DNA from: a virus
IMG/VR virus record: IMGVR_UViG_3300021475_000011
Span: 3,534-67,533 of that record
DNA length: 64,000 bases
Direction: 5' to 3' (one strand)
The translations under genes and the position numbers were made by a program. The notes under the pieces were generated by a model that made no database searches, was not told the origin of the DNA, and worked only from the letters and a program-made list of their open reading frames with translations. Shown here piece by piece: positions 17,150 through 25,298 of this stretch (position 1 is the first letter of the stretch; each line of letters opens with the position of its first letter).

Positions 17150-18108
17150 GACGCCACGCCCGCGCGCTCGGGCATGTCGCGCACGCGCAGGTCAGGCGGA
17201 AGGTCGTCGAGCGCCGTGCCCGCGCGCGCGCCGCCGAGCTGCTTGACGAACAGCGCGGTCGCGCCGTCCGTGTCCTGCCAGCACTCGTCGCGGCAGTAGT
17301 CGCGCAGCGCGCGCACCCACTCCAACTTCATCGGCCTGTGGCCGGCGCCGCTCTCGCCGCCGACGATCAGCCAGTCGATCAGCTCGAGGTCCAGCCCGCG
17401 CCCCTGGTAGCCGTCCTCCCACGGCCGCCACGCGAAGACCGGCGCGTCACCCACCGGGTACGTCTCGTGCTCGGCGTCGGTCATGTATTCGGCGTCGGGC
17501 AGCAGCGGGCCAAGCAGCGGCTCGGCGCTGATGAACCTGATGTGCGCCGGCGTTTCGCGGAGCAGGTCGGCGCGGTGGACAAAGCGGCGGTTCTCGATCG
17601 ACGTGCCGAGCCAGATATTCGTGAGCTGGTCGAAGCCGTCGTTCACCACGTCGGCGATGATGAAAGCGTTGGGGATGCCGCGCCCGAGCTCGTGGACCTG
17701 CTCCATGACCTCCCGTGCGAACGGCCAGCTTTTCAGCAGGTCGCGCATCCTCTCGGGGCGCTTCGTGAGCACCTGAAACGTGTGCTGGTGAGCGAGCGCC
17801 ATCACGGCGAAGACCTTGGCTATGTAGTCGTCGGGGATCAGCTCGTGGAACAGGTCGCTCATGCTGTTGACGAACACCATCCGGGGCGCGTCGAAGGGCT
17901 TGGCTTTGCGCAGCGGCTCGGTCAGCTTGTGAGGCTTCAGCAGCACGTTCCGGGCGGCGTTGGCTGGCGTCCACGGCGCGGGGGTCTGTCCGTAGCGCAG
18001 GCTCAGCGTCTCGGCGTAGCAGTTGGCGCAGCCGGGCGACACCTTCGAGCAGCCATGCACGGGGTTCCAACTGACCTCCGTCCACTCGATCTTCGTCTCG
18101 TTCGCCAT
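17146..18108 (-). CDS. DUF5131 (phage Gp37/Gp68) family protein
   Basis: TKIEWT..WNPVHGCSKVSPGCANCYA, FVNSMSDLFH, QVLTKRP, FISAEPLLG, IVGGESG. Confidence 0.93.
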   Translation of the reverse strand: MANETKIEWTEVSWNPVHGCSKVSPGCANCYAETLSLRYGQTPAPWTPANAARNVLLKPHKLTEPLRKAKPFDAPRMVFVNSMSDLFHELIPDDYIAKVFAVMALAHQHTFQVLTKRPERMRDLLKSWPFAREVMEQVHELGRGIPNAFIIADVVNDGFDQLTNIWLGTSIENRRFVHRADLLRETPAHIRFISAEPLLGPLLPDAEYMTDAEHETYPVGDAPVFAWRPWEDGYQGRGLDLELIDWLIVGGESGAGHRPMKLEWVRALRDYCRDECWQDTDGATALFVKQLGGARAGTALDDLPPDLRVRDMPERAGVAS

Positions 18109-18257
18109 CAGCTCACGACCTCGTGACCTTCCTCGTCGGCGCAGCCGGCGTGGACCCACTCGTCGTCCACGTTCACGATCAGCTCGCCCTCGACGATCTG
18201 ATCCTCGCAGATGCCGCACCGTGTCGAGCGGGTCGCCTCGATCGCGTGGAGCTTCAC
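18108..18257 (-). CDS. small Zn-ribbon protein
   Basis: 49 aa, CGIC...WVHAGC; coupled on both sides; not in the ORF track. Confidence 0.6.
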   Translation of the reverse strand: MKLHAIEATRSTRCGICEDQIVEGELIVNVDDEWVHAGCADEEGHEVVS

Positions 18258-18712
18258 GAGAACGCCGTGCCCTCGGTCAGCAGCTTCACGCGCTCGTCAA
18301 CGGCCTGCTCAGCCTTGCGCTCGCGGATCGCGCTCTGCCGATTCGGGCAGGCGGGCAGACCGTCCGGCCCGTTCTGGCGCGGCAGCAGCACGCCGCACAT
18401 CGGGCAGATCGTGGCGTCGATGCAGCGAACCTCGCCCTCGAAGTTGACGGGCACGTAGGCGCCGCACAGCGACCACTCGATCGTGAGCTCGACGCCGCGC
18501 CGGTGGAGCGCCAACCGCTGCGCCTCCTGCTGCTCGAGCGCGGTCACGCGCAGCCGCTCAAGCTCGGCGCGATCCTCGGGTGACATCGCGGCGAGCTGGC
18601 GGTCGGCCTCAGCCTGCGCGGCCTGCTCCGCCGCGCGCTCGCGGGCGCGCTCTGCGGCTGCCTCGCGTTCGGCGGCGTTCGGGGCTCGCTGGCGCTTGCG
18701 TTTCTTGCCCAT
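18254..18712 (-). CDS. hypothetical protein with Zn ribbon
   Basis: MGKKRKRQR...CPMCG. Confidence 0.6.
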   Translation of the reverse strand: MGKKRKRQRAPNAAEREAAAERARERAAEQAAQAEADRQLAAMSPEDRAELERLRVTALEQQEAQRLALHRRGVELTIEWSLCGAYVPVNFEGEVRCIDATICPMCGVLLPRQNGPDGLPACPNRQSAIRERKAEQAVDERVKLLTEGTAFS

Positions 18713-19701
18713 CAGGTCCGCTCGGCGAAGAACGCGGCCAGCTCGGCGATCTGCTCGCCGGTGGCTTCTTGGATGTCGGAGAGGCCCATCTGTGTCAGCT
18801 TGGCAACACATTCGGCGCGAGTGCAGGACGAGTCGGCGTAGGCGACGCGCAGCGCCACGATCGGGTCCTGCGCCTCGGCAAGCGCGGCGTCCGCCTCCGC
18901 GTCGTCGCCGGCGGGCGCGCCCTGCGCTTCGGCGTCGGCGTGCGCGGCCTCCTGCTCAGCGACCGCGCCATCGGTGTCGGTGTCGCCGCTCGGCTGCTGC
19001 TGCTCGTCCTCGGCGGGATCGGGCGGGACCTCGGGCAGCTCCGCCTCGATGTCGCCCTGCGCCTCCGTCACGTCGCCGTGGTCGAGCGGCTGACCGAAGC
19101 GCTCCACGACGGTCGCCATGCGCAGCCAGCCGCCATAGCGCTGCCTCAGCTTCACTTCGGTCTTCGACGGCAGATACCACTTCCCGCCGACGAACTGAAG
19201 TTCGGTCGCCTCGACGTACAGGCGCGGCGCGAAGTAGAGAAACGCGCCGATGCCGTACTTGACACACGCGCGCTTGAAGGCGTCACTGTGAACACCCTTG
19301 AGCGCCATGTCGCCGTTCTTGCCAAGCTCCTCCGTGCCGACGTAGCTCACGTCCGAGCGTTTGCGGTCGAAGACCTCGAGCACGCAGTTCACGCCGAAGC
19401 CCTTGGCGCCGGCGGGATACAGCGGGCCGTAGCCGTCATCCCACGCGCCCGGCGTGACGACGTTCAGGCGCTCGGCCGCGGTGCGCGCCTCGATGTAGAC
19501 GACGACGAGGCCCTTCCCGAAGCTCGCCTGCTGACCCTCGCCCTTCTTCTTCGGGTTGACCTGAATCTTGAAGCTCACGGCCTCCGGTGTGAACGGGCGG
19601 CGGAACAGCGGCATCGCCTCGTCGAGCGACTTGGCCGGGTGAATGACCTCGCCCTCGGGCTCTGCCGGCTCCTGCTCAGCCGGTGGTGCTGCGTCGGCCA
19701 T
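18712..19701 (-). CDS. Rad52/Rad22-family (Sak-like) ssDNA-annealing protein
   Basis: RPFTPEAV...YIEARTAAERLN...KGVHSDAFKRACVKYGIGAFLY. Confidence 0.88.
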   Translation of the reverse strand: MADAAPPAEQEPAEPEGEVIHPAKSLDEAMPLFRRPFTPEAVSFKIQVNPKKKGEGQQASFGKGLVVVYIEARTAAERLNVVTPGAWDDGYGPLYPAGAKGFGVNCVLEVFDRKRSDVSYVGTEELGKNGDMALKGVHSDAFKRACVKYGIGAFLYFAPRLYVEATELQFVGGKWYLPSKTEVKLRQRYGGWLRMATVVERFGQPLDHGDVTEAQGDIEAELPEVPPDPAEDEQQQPSGDTDTDGAVAEQEAAHADAEAQGAPAGDDAEADAALAEAQDPIVALRVAYADSSCTRAECVAKLTQMGLSDIQEATGEQIAELAAFFAERT

Positions 19702-19925
19702 CAGTGACGATCGCCGGCGGGGAAGACCTCGAAGCTGCTCCTGCACGTCAGCACGTCGTCGCGGTCCATGATCGACTTGTTGATGGCGTCCTCGATCGCG
19801 GGCACGTCGCCGATGCTGTCAGCCTGCACGCGGACGGTGAACGTGATCGGGTAGCCGTTGGCCTCCCAATCCTCCTGCTCGGCGGTGCGCGGGTCCTGCA
19901 TCGGTGCGGTGCTCGGCTCATCCAT
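19701..19925 (-). CDS. hypothetical protein
   Basis: GGAGG RBS, MDEPSTAP... Confidence 0.55.
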   Translation of the reverse strand: MDEPSTAPMQDPRTAEQEDWEANGYPITFTVRVQADSIGDVPAIEDAINKSIMDRDDVLTCRSSFEVFPAGDRH

Positions 19926-20232
19926 CGGGCGCTGCCTCCTGTAGATCGGTGGTGGTCGGGACGGTCCCGAAGGGGATGTGAAAGAAGCGCTCAAGCATGA
20001 CGGCGAGCAGGCCGATCGTTTCGAGCAGCGGCAGCTCGCAGCGCGCGATGTGCCGGGCCTCGTCGCGGCCGTAGTCGAGGCCGCGCTGCCACGCCTTTGC
20101 AAAGCGCTCGGGGTCCATGTGCAGCAGCGCGTTCAGCGGATTGGCGCCGCGCTTCTCGCACTCCGCGCAGCCATCGCGCAAGAGCTGGTCGGGGTGAAAG
20201 CCGGGCAGCTCCTCGTGGTAGTCGTGGGCCAC
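19918..20232 (-). CDS. hypothetical protein (leaderless GTG start)
   Basis: TGt-CAGGCT-N7-GTG; operator at 20232-20248 overlaps the start. Confidence 0.6.
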   Translation of the reverse strand: MAHDYHEELPGFHPDQLLRDGCAECEKRGANPLNALLHMDPERFAKAWQRGLDYGRDEARHIARCELPLLETIGLLAVMLERFFHIPFGTVPTTTDLQEAAPDG

Positions 20233-20250
20233 GTCAAGCAGCCTGACAGG

Positions 20251-20303
20251 TCGAAGAAAAGGCTGCCCGCCCGGCGACCACTTCCACGCGATGCCGGGCG
20301 GGC
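20251..20303 (-). terminator. intrinsic terminator whose loop carries the complement of the conserved 5' leader motif
   Basis: 11-bp stem GCCCGCCCGGC/GCCGGGCGGGC followed by AGCCTTTTCTT on the minus strand; loop contains GTGGAAGTGGTC. Confidence 0.75.
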
Positions 20304-20337
20304 CTCGGCCCACTCACCGAAGCTGAGCAGGACAAGA

Positions 20338-21219
20338 TCATGGCGCGACCGCCGGGGTGACATCAACGGCGACGATCAGCGACTCGGGGCCCGCGGCCAG
20401 CGCCGACAGGACCGTCTCTCGCCACTCGCGCTCGCTCGCGCCCTCCTCCAACCACTCGCCGCCGGCGCACAGCGCGAACGGCAGGCCGACACGGCGGCGT
20501 TCGATCAGGTCGCGGTAGAGCGTCGAGGTCATCACGTTGGGATCGCCCGAGATTTCTGCGGGGTCGGCGTTCAGGTCGCCGTACTCGTCGCGCAGGAAGA
20601 ACGCCGTGAACTGGCCGCCGATCGTCCAGCTCTCCCACTTCCCGGCCGGGTTGCGCCTGGTCGTGTAGACGCCCGTCCCGCCGCACAGGCCGCAGTCGTC
20701 GCGCAGCTCCGGGCTCACGTCGATGCCGCACTCGGGGTCCGGCTTGCCGTAGGCGTCGTGGGTGCGCGCCAGCTCGTCGATCGCCTCAGCCTTCGCGGCG
20801 TTGAAGTTGTCCCACACGTCGGCGAGCTGGTCGTCAGCAGCACGGATCGCCTCCGCGTCCGGCGGCGGCCACAGGCCGAGCTCGCGGAGCTGTTCGACGC
20901 TGCCCTCGTGCTGAGCGATGCGCTTCACCGTCTGTTCGGCGTGCGTGTTGGTGGGATCGACCGACCACGCCAGCAGATGAACAGCGCGCGTCTTCGCGCG
21001 GACCTCCTCGGCGACCTCGCGGCTGAACTCGTCGCGGCCGTTCACGATGTCGGTTGCCCACTGGACGGCGGCGCGGCCAACACACGAGCAAGGCGACTCC
21101 CACGGATCGACGAGGCGCGCGTTGTCGAACGGCGCGAGCGCGTCGTCCACCATCCGAGCGATCCCCGAGTGCTCGATCACGTCGCCGCTGACGACGACCG
21201 CTGCAAGAAGGTGACGCAC
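20338..21219 (-). CDS. conserved phage hypothetical protein
   Basis: CGLCGGTG...RNPAGKWESWTIGG resembles the NPxxKWDW..GG phage family. Confidence 0.65.
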   Translation of the reverse strand: MRHLLAAVVVSGDVIEHSGIARMVDDALAPFDNARLVDPWESPCSCVGRAAVQWATDIVNGRDEFSREVAEEVRAKTRAVHLLAWSVDPTNTHAEQTVKRIAQHEGSVEQLRELGLWPPPDAEAIRAADDQLADVWDNFNAAKAEAIDELARTHDAYGKPDPECGIDVSPELRDDCGLCGGTGVYTTRRNPAGKWESWTIGGQFTAFFLRDEYGDLNADPAEISGDPNVMTSTLYRDLIERRRVGLPFALCAGGEWLEEGASEREWRETVLSALAAGPESLIVAVDVTPAVAP

Positions 21220-21222
21220 GGC

Positions 21223-21249
21223 TCAGCGGCGAGTAGTGGAAGTGGTCAT
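21223..21249 (-). CDS. 8-aa leaderless leader peptide MTTSTTRR
   Basis: ATG ACC ACT TCC ACT ACT CGC CGC TGA at the predicted +1; stop is 3 nt before the next GTG. Confidence 0.5.
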   Translation of the reverse strand: MTTSTTRR

Positions 21250-21316
21250 GCCCTGCATCCTGCCAGCCGATCAGACGGGTGTCAAGGGACTTGTCGCGGA
21301 CTGGACGGATGACGTA
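21237..21316 (-). promoter_or_regulatory. leaderless promoter
   Basis: TCATCCGTCCAG...TTGACA-N17-CAGGAT-N7-ATGACCACTTCCAC; degenerate operator at 21280-21296. Confidence 0.75.
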
Positions 21317-21969
21317 TCGAGCTGGCGCAGGCCACCGCTGCGAAGCTGCGCGCGGCGCGGGCGCGGCGCCTCCAACTCCGCGCGATCAACGCCGGCGAGC
21401 GCGAGCTGCTGATCCTCGATCGAGCGCCGGCGCAGCGCCAGATAGCTTTCGCGCTCCTGCGCCCGGAACGTGGCGATCCCCCCGCCGCCACGCAGCGCAT
21501 CGCGCCACGCTGCCCGCCTGGTCCTCGTCATCCACTCGTCGATCAGCGGGTGCGACCATGCGCTCGGCTTACGGATACGACTCGGCCGACACTCACAATC
21601 CGCCGTGGTCGTCGCCGCCGTGGTGGTCGTGACCTCCACGAACCCGCTGCCGTCGCAGCGCTTCAGCGGACAGTCACCCTCGAACGCCGCCGGCATCGGC
21701 AGCAGCACACGGCCTTCGACCTCGACAAGCACCTGATCCCACTCCGGGGTCGGAGACGCCAGCTCGAGCGCACGGGCCGCGATCATGCCGCCCGTCGGCG
21801 GGTGCTCACGGCCAGCGGTGGCGAAGCTCAGCACGACCGCCGTAGCGGTGTCAGCGGCGACACCCTCGACGAGCGGGAACTGCACCGCTGCCGCCTCGAC
21901 CGGGATTGGTGCGTGCGGCCACAGGCCACGCATCCGGGCGACGAGCTCGGTCCACTCGCTCGGCTTCAT
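21271..21969 (-). CDS. helicase loader/inhibitor (G39P-like) protein
   Basis: MKPSEWTELVARMRGLWP...HPPTGGMI...; follows the initiator gene; CDGSG..CEC Zn site. Confidence 0.55.
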   Translation of the reverse strand: MKPSEWTELVARMRGLWPHAPIPVEAAAVQFPLVEGVAADTATAVVLSFATAGREHPPTGGMIAARALELASPTPEWDQVLVEVEGRVLLPMPAAFEGDCPLKRCDGSGFVEVTTTTAATTTADCECRPSRIRKPSAWSHPLIDEWMTRTRRAAWRDALRGGGGIATFRAQERESYLALRRRSIEDQQLALAGVDRAELEAPRPRRAQLRSGGLRQLDTSSVQSATSPLTPV

Positions 21970-22832
21970 TCGCCGCGCGCCCGCTGCTCGTCGGCGATCC
22001 GCTGCAAGGCGTCCATGTCAGACCCCGCTCGCTCCCGCGCCGAGCCACCGGCGCGCTTGCCTTCGACCTCCTGCCTGATCTGCAAGACGAGAGGCGCCCA
22101 CTTTTCGCGGAGCTTCGGCATCGACCGGATGTTCGCTGCCCAAAAGTGGTGAGAGGTCGCCCATGTGATGACGTATTCAACCTGCCGGACAGAAGCGCCG
22201 TCAAGGTCAAGCAGCCGCCTTGCCGCATCGTGCCACTTTTTCGTGTGTGGATTCGGCCGAGGCCCACCGGCGCCCTGCGCCTCCAAGGCGTCAGCGAGCA
22301 GGTCGCAGAGCTTGGCGACCTCCGGGCGATCGACGGCGAGCTCGTCTTGATCGTGGTCGTCTTCGCCCTGGTCGCCGTCGGGCGGCACGACCGACGAAAC
22401 CCCCGCAGGGGGTAGTTCCTCTTCCCTTCCCTTCCCTTCCCTTCCCCCCTGTAGTGCTACAGGAGGACTACTGTAGTCGTCTCGTATCGACCCCTCAGCG
22501 CCGGGCGGCGGCAGCTTCGATTTGGTCGGCTTCTGGATCGCCTGGTGCTTGTTGAAGTTGGTCACATGCAGGTACTTTTGACCGCCGTGGACGTAGCGCG
22601 TGATGGCGCCCGTCGAGGCGATCAGCGAGAGCCACAGGTCCACTTCGTCGGCGGTCACGTCGTCGTCGTAGGGGAACACGTTGGACTTGACGACGTGCGG
22701 TCGGCCGCGCTGGCGGCCCTCGTCGTCCGAGTGTTGGATCAGGCCAATGAACAGCAGCCGGCAGTCGCGTGGGAGAGCGCCGATCGCCTCGTCTTCCCAC
22801 AACTCCGGCTTGATAGTCCTGATCCTCGCCAC
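21966..22832 (-). CDS. phage replication initiator protein
   Basis: ARIRTIKPELWEDE...RLLFIGL...DDEGR; GREGKGREE linker; FWAANIRSMPKLREKW. Confidence 0.85.
   Translation of the reverse strand: MARIRTIKPELWEDEAIGALPRDCRLLFIGLIQHSDDEGRQRGRPHVVKSNVFPYDDDVTADEVDLWLSLIASTGAITRYVHGGQKYLHVTNFNKHQAIQKPTKSKLPPPGAEGSIRDDYSSPPVALQGGREGKGREEELPPAGVSSVVPPDGDQGEDDHDQDELAVDRPEVAKLCDLLADALEAQGAGGPRPNPHTKKWHDAARRLLDLDGASVRQVEYVITWATSHHFWAANIRSMPKLREKWAPLVLQIRQEVEGKRAGGSARERAGSDMDALQRIADEQRARGE
22417..22478. repeat. (CTTCC)n tract plus two short palindromes; candidate origin
   Basis: CTTCC tandem repeats, then CCTGTAGtgCTACAGG and GACTACtGTAGTC inside the initiator linker. Confidence 0.4.
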
Positions 22833-22971
22833 CGCTGCTCCCTCGTCCTGCGAGGCGATGGCGTCCGTCTCACCGGATAGCTTCTCGTGCTCGCAACTCT
22901 GATCGGTGGCGAAACCTAGCGCGCGGCGTGGACACGTTCCCGTCGCGCGCTGCTTGTTCCGGGGTTTTTCT

Positions 22972-23214
22972 TCAGGCGGCCACGCGCTCGTCAAGCAGCT
23001 CGTAGAGCGCCTGACGGCTGATCCCGAGGCGACGTGCAGCCTCAGTGATCGTGACGGCCTCCTTGTCGTGCGGGTCGGCCTGCGCCTTCACCTGCTTGAC
23101 CACTTCGCGGGTAAGCTCCTGCAACGCCGCGTCGTTCTCGTCTCGCAGTTCACGGCGGACCCCGATCCGGTCGAGCTGCTGTCGTAGGTCTACTGCGGCC
23201 ACGGTGCTCTCCAC
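22972..23214 (-). CDS. small HTH protein (Cro-like)
   Basis: TITEAARRLGISRQALYELLD; first gene of the replication operon. Confidence 0.75.
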   Translation of the reverse strand: MESTVAAVDLRQQLDRIGVRRELRDENDAALQELTREVVKQVKAQADPHDKEAVTITEAARRLGISRQALYELLDERVAA

Positions 23215-23229
23215 TGTCGGGTTACTTGT

Positions 23230-23300
23230 CGTCCTCCATCTTGACAGGTCCAGCGGCGGCGTCGCCCTGGTTGACAGTCCATCCGGCGCGCAGGCTACCG
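23230..23300. promoter_or_regulatory. divergent control region with two degenerate operators
   Basis: CGTCC-N7-TGACA (23230-23246) and CGTCG-N7-TGACA (23260-23276); two TTGACA hexamers on the plus strand. Confidence 0.5.
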
Positions 23301-23311
23301 TCGGGATACCA

Positions 23312-23563
23312 GTGTCCGACTCGATCTACGACGCACCGAATCCTGACGCGCCCGAGCAGCAGCCGGCCTTCGTCCTACAGCGCCCGCCCGGCCAGCGCTC
23401 GAACCTCGCGCATCTGCTGTGGGCCACGCTCGTCGCCGTGCTGCTGTTCTTCGCGCTGTGCTCGGCCGTCGCCGGCGGCGCGCTGCTCGGCGGTGTCGGC
23501 GGCGCGCTGCTCGCGCTCGCGGTGAGCCTCGCCTACGTTGCGCACCTGATCGACTCAGCCTGA
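23312..23563 (+). CDS. small membrane protein (2 TM)
   Basis: Hydrophobic LLWATLVAVLLFFAL...GALLALAVSLAYV. Confidence 0.6.
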   Translation: MSDSIYDAPNPDAPEQQPAFVLQRPPGQRSNLAHLLWATLVAVLLFFALCSAVAGGALLGGVGGALLALAVSLAYVAHLIDSA

Positions 23564-23565
23564 CC

Positions 23566-23985
23566 GTGCTCGAGCTGGTCCTGCCGTTCAAGCCCGTGCC
23601 CTGCGAGCGCGCGCGATCGAACCGTGGGATCGTCCACGACACGCCACGCAACCGCGCTGTGAAGGCCCACATCGCGCGGCTGTGGCAGATCACCCACCAC
23701 GGCGTCTCGCCGATCCCAGCGGGCCGCCCTGTGATGCTGACCCTCGACTTCAGGTTCGAGCGCCCGGCAAAGCATTGGGTCGCCGGGCGCAAGGGCGGCG
23801 AGCTCCGCGCCGACGCGCCGCGCTGGCACACGAACAAGCCCGACGCGGACAACCTCGAAAAGCTCGTGAAGGACGGCCTGAACAAGATCGCGTGGGCCGA
23901 CGACGCGCAGGTCGCGGTCGTGCGCAAGCAGAAGACGTGGACCGCCGGCGAGAGCTGCACCATCCTGACGGTGCGCGAGCTGTAG
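23566..23985 (+). CDS. rusA: RusA family Holliday junction resolvase
   Basis: KPDADNLEKLVKDGLNKIAWADDAQV. Confidence 0.92.
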   Translation: MLELVLPFKPVPCERARSNRGIVHDTPRNRAVKAHIARLWQITHHGVSPIPAGRPVMLTLDFRFERPAKHWVAGRKGGELRADAPRWHTNKPDADNLEKLVKDGLNKIAWADDAQVAVVRKQKTWTAGESCTILTVREL

Positions 23986-23987
23986 GT

Positions 23988-24050
23988 GCGCGGCGGGCGG
24001 TCAGGGGATGAGGGAGAACGCCCGCCGCGCGGCTCACCGTGGGGATGAGC
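23988..24050 (-). ncRNA. candidate two-hairpin C-rich sRNA (6C-like architecture)
   Basis: Extended -10 TGcTACCTT (24058-24066); hairpins GCTCATC-CCCAC-GGTGAGC and a 12-bp stem with loop TTCTCCCTCATCCCCTGAC. Confidence 0.45.
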
Positions 24051-24078
24051 GCCGCCGAAGGTAGCACCACGAACGAGC

Positions 24079-24149
24079 GCGGCCGACGCCTCGATCGAGA
24101 AGCGCCGGCCGCAAGGGAGGAGGGGAGGGGTGCTGCTTGCGAGTCCCCG
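24079..24149 (-). ncRNA. candidate anti-SD-like sRNA or lysin terminator
   Basis: -10 TACGAT (24156-24161); CCCCTCCCCTCCTCCCTT followed by a 14-bp hairpin (24079-24112). Confidence 0.4.
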
Positions 24150-24174
24150 CCGGTGATCGTACTCGCTCGGGCGG

Positions 24175-24834
24175 CTACCCCGTGAGCGCCTTCAGCGCGT
24201 CGAACCGCGCCTGCCTGTTGAGGATGTGCCAGCCGTTGCGCTGCGACTTCGCTACCTTCTCGATCGCTTCGGCGCGCGCGATCATCGTCCGCTTCAGCAC
24301 CACGCGCCGGCGGTGAGCAGCGAGCGAACGGTGCCCGCGCAATGTCTCCCACTCCCGGCGCCAGCGCTGCTCGTCAGCGGGCACGTAGGGCGGCTTGGCG
24401 ACCGCCGACAGGAAGACCCTGCGCTCGGCCTCGCGCCTGATCTTCAGCCCTTCCACGACCTCGCCGCCAGCGTGGTCGTAGGCGAGCATCGAGTTGGCCG
24501 CGGCCAGCCAGTTCCGGGCGCGCAGCTCGGCGCCGATCGTCGTGCCCTGGAAGATGCCAGCGCCGAGGTTCCATGTGAACGAGCACAGCGCGTCCCACTG
24601 ATCCTGATTCAGCTCGACGCCGAGCGCCCGGATCGACGGCTCGTAGTAGCGCTCGATGCGGGCCTTCAGGTTGGTGCTGCCCTGCGTCACGGTGATCGCC
24701 GGCGAGCCGCTGTGGATGCCTTCCGTTTCGCCGAAGCCGCGCGTCCACACGCCGCCGAGCGAGTCCCAATAGGGCTTCGACGAGAACCCCTCGAAGCGCT
24801 CGATCAGGAGTAGTCCTGCGGGGCTGATGTGCAT
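24175..24834 (-). CDS. GH24 phage lysozyme (endolysin)
   Basis: LIERFEG...YWDSLGGVWTRGFGET, NQDQWDALCSFTWNLG, GLKIRREAER; basic C-terminal tail. Confidence 0.93.
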   Translation of the reverse strand: MHISPAGLLLIERFEGFSSKPYWDSLGGVWTRGFGETEGIHSGSPAITVTQGSTNLKARIERYYEPSIRALGVELNQDQWDALCSFTWNLGAGIFQGTTIGAELRARNWLAAANSMLAYDHAGGEVVEGLKIRREAERRVFLSAVAKPPYVPADEQRWRREWETLRGHRSLAAHRRRVVLKRTMIARAEAIEKVAKSQRNGWHILNRQARFDALKALTG

Positions 24835-24839
24835 GGGCC

Positions 24840-25298
24840 TCAGCTCCCCTCAGCGACGGTGCCCGCTGGCGTGGCGCCCGGCCCGAACATGGGGCCCGCG
24901 GCTGCCTCCGCCTGTGCGGGCGCGAGCGGCTGCGCACCGTCCGGTGTGATCGCCGTCGCGGGCTTCTGCGAGAGCGTGCCCGCGAGCTGCACGCCGTCAG
25001 CGATCGTCTGCTCGACCTCGCCGGCGGCAGCGGCGGGCAGAGGGTTGAACGGGATCGGCGCTTCGATGCCGGCGCCCTGCTGCAACGCCGTGACCTTCAG
25101 CACCGTGCGGCTGGCGATGTGCGCCGCCGACAGAGCACCGGCGACGATCGCGGCCTCCTTCGGCGGGAGCTTCGACGGATCGACGAGCGCGCCGGCGGCG
25201 AGCGCGAGGTTCGACACCCACACGAGGATGCCCTCGCTCGTGCGGATCGCCTTCGCCAGAGGCGCGCTCACTTTGGGGATGTTCAAGAAGCTAGGCAT
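24840..25298 (-). CDS. putative holin
   Basis: Two hydrophobic segments (RTSEGILVWVSNLALAAG; AAIVAGALSAAHIASR); lies between two lysins. Confidence 0.55.
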   Translation of the reverse strand: MPSFLNIPKVSAPLAKAIRTSEGILVWVSNLALAAGALVDPSKLPPKEAAIVAGALSAAHIASRTVLKVTALQQGAGIEAPIPFNPLPAAAAGEVEQTIADGVQLAGTLSQKPATAITPDGAQPLAPAQAEAAAGPMFGPGATPAGTVAEGS

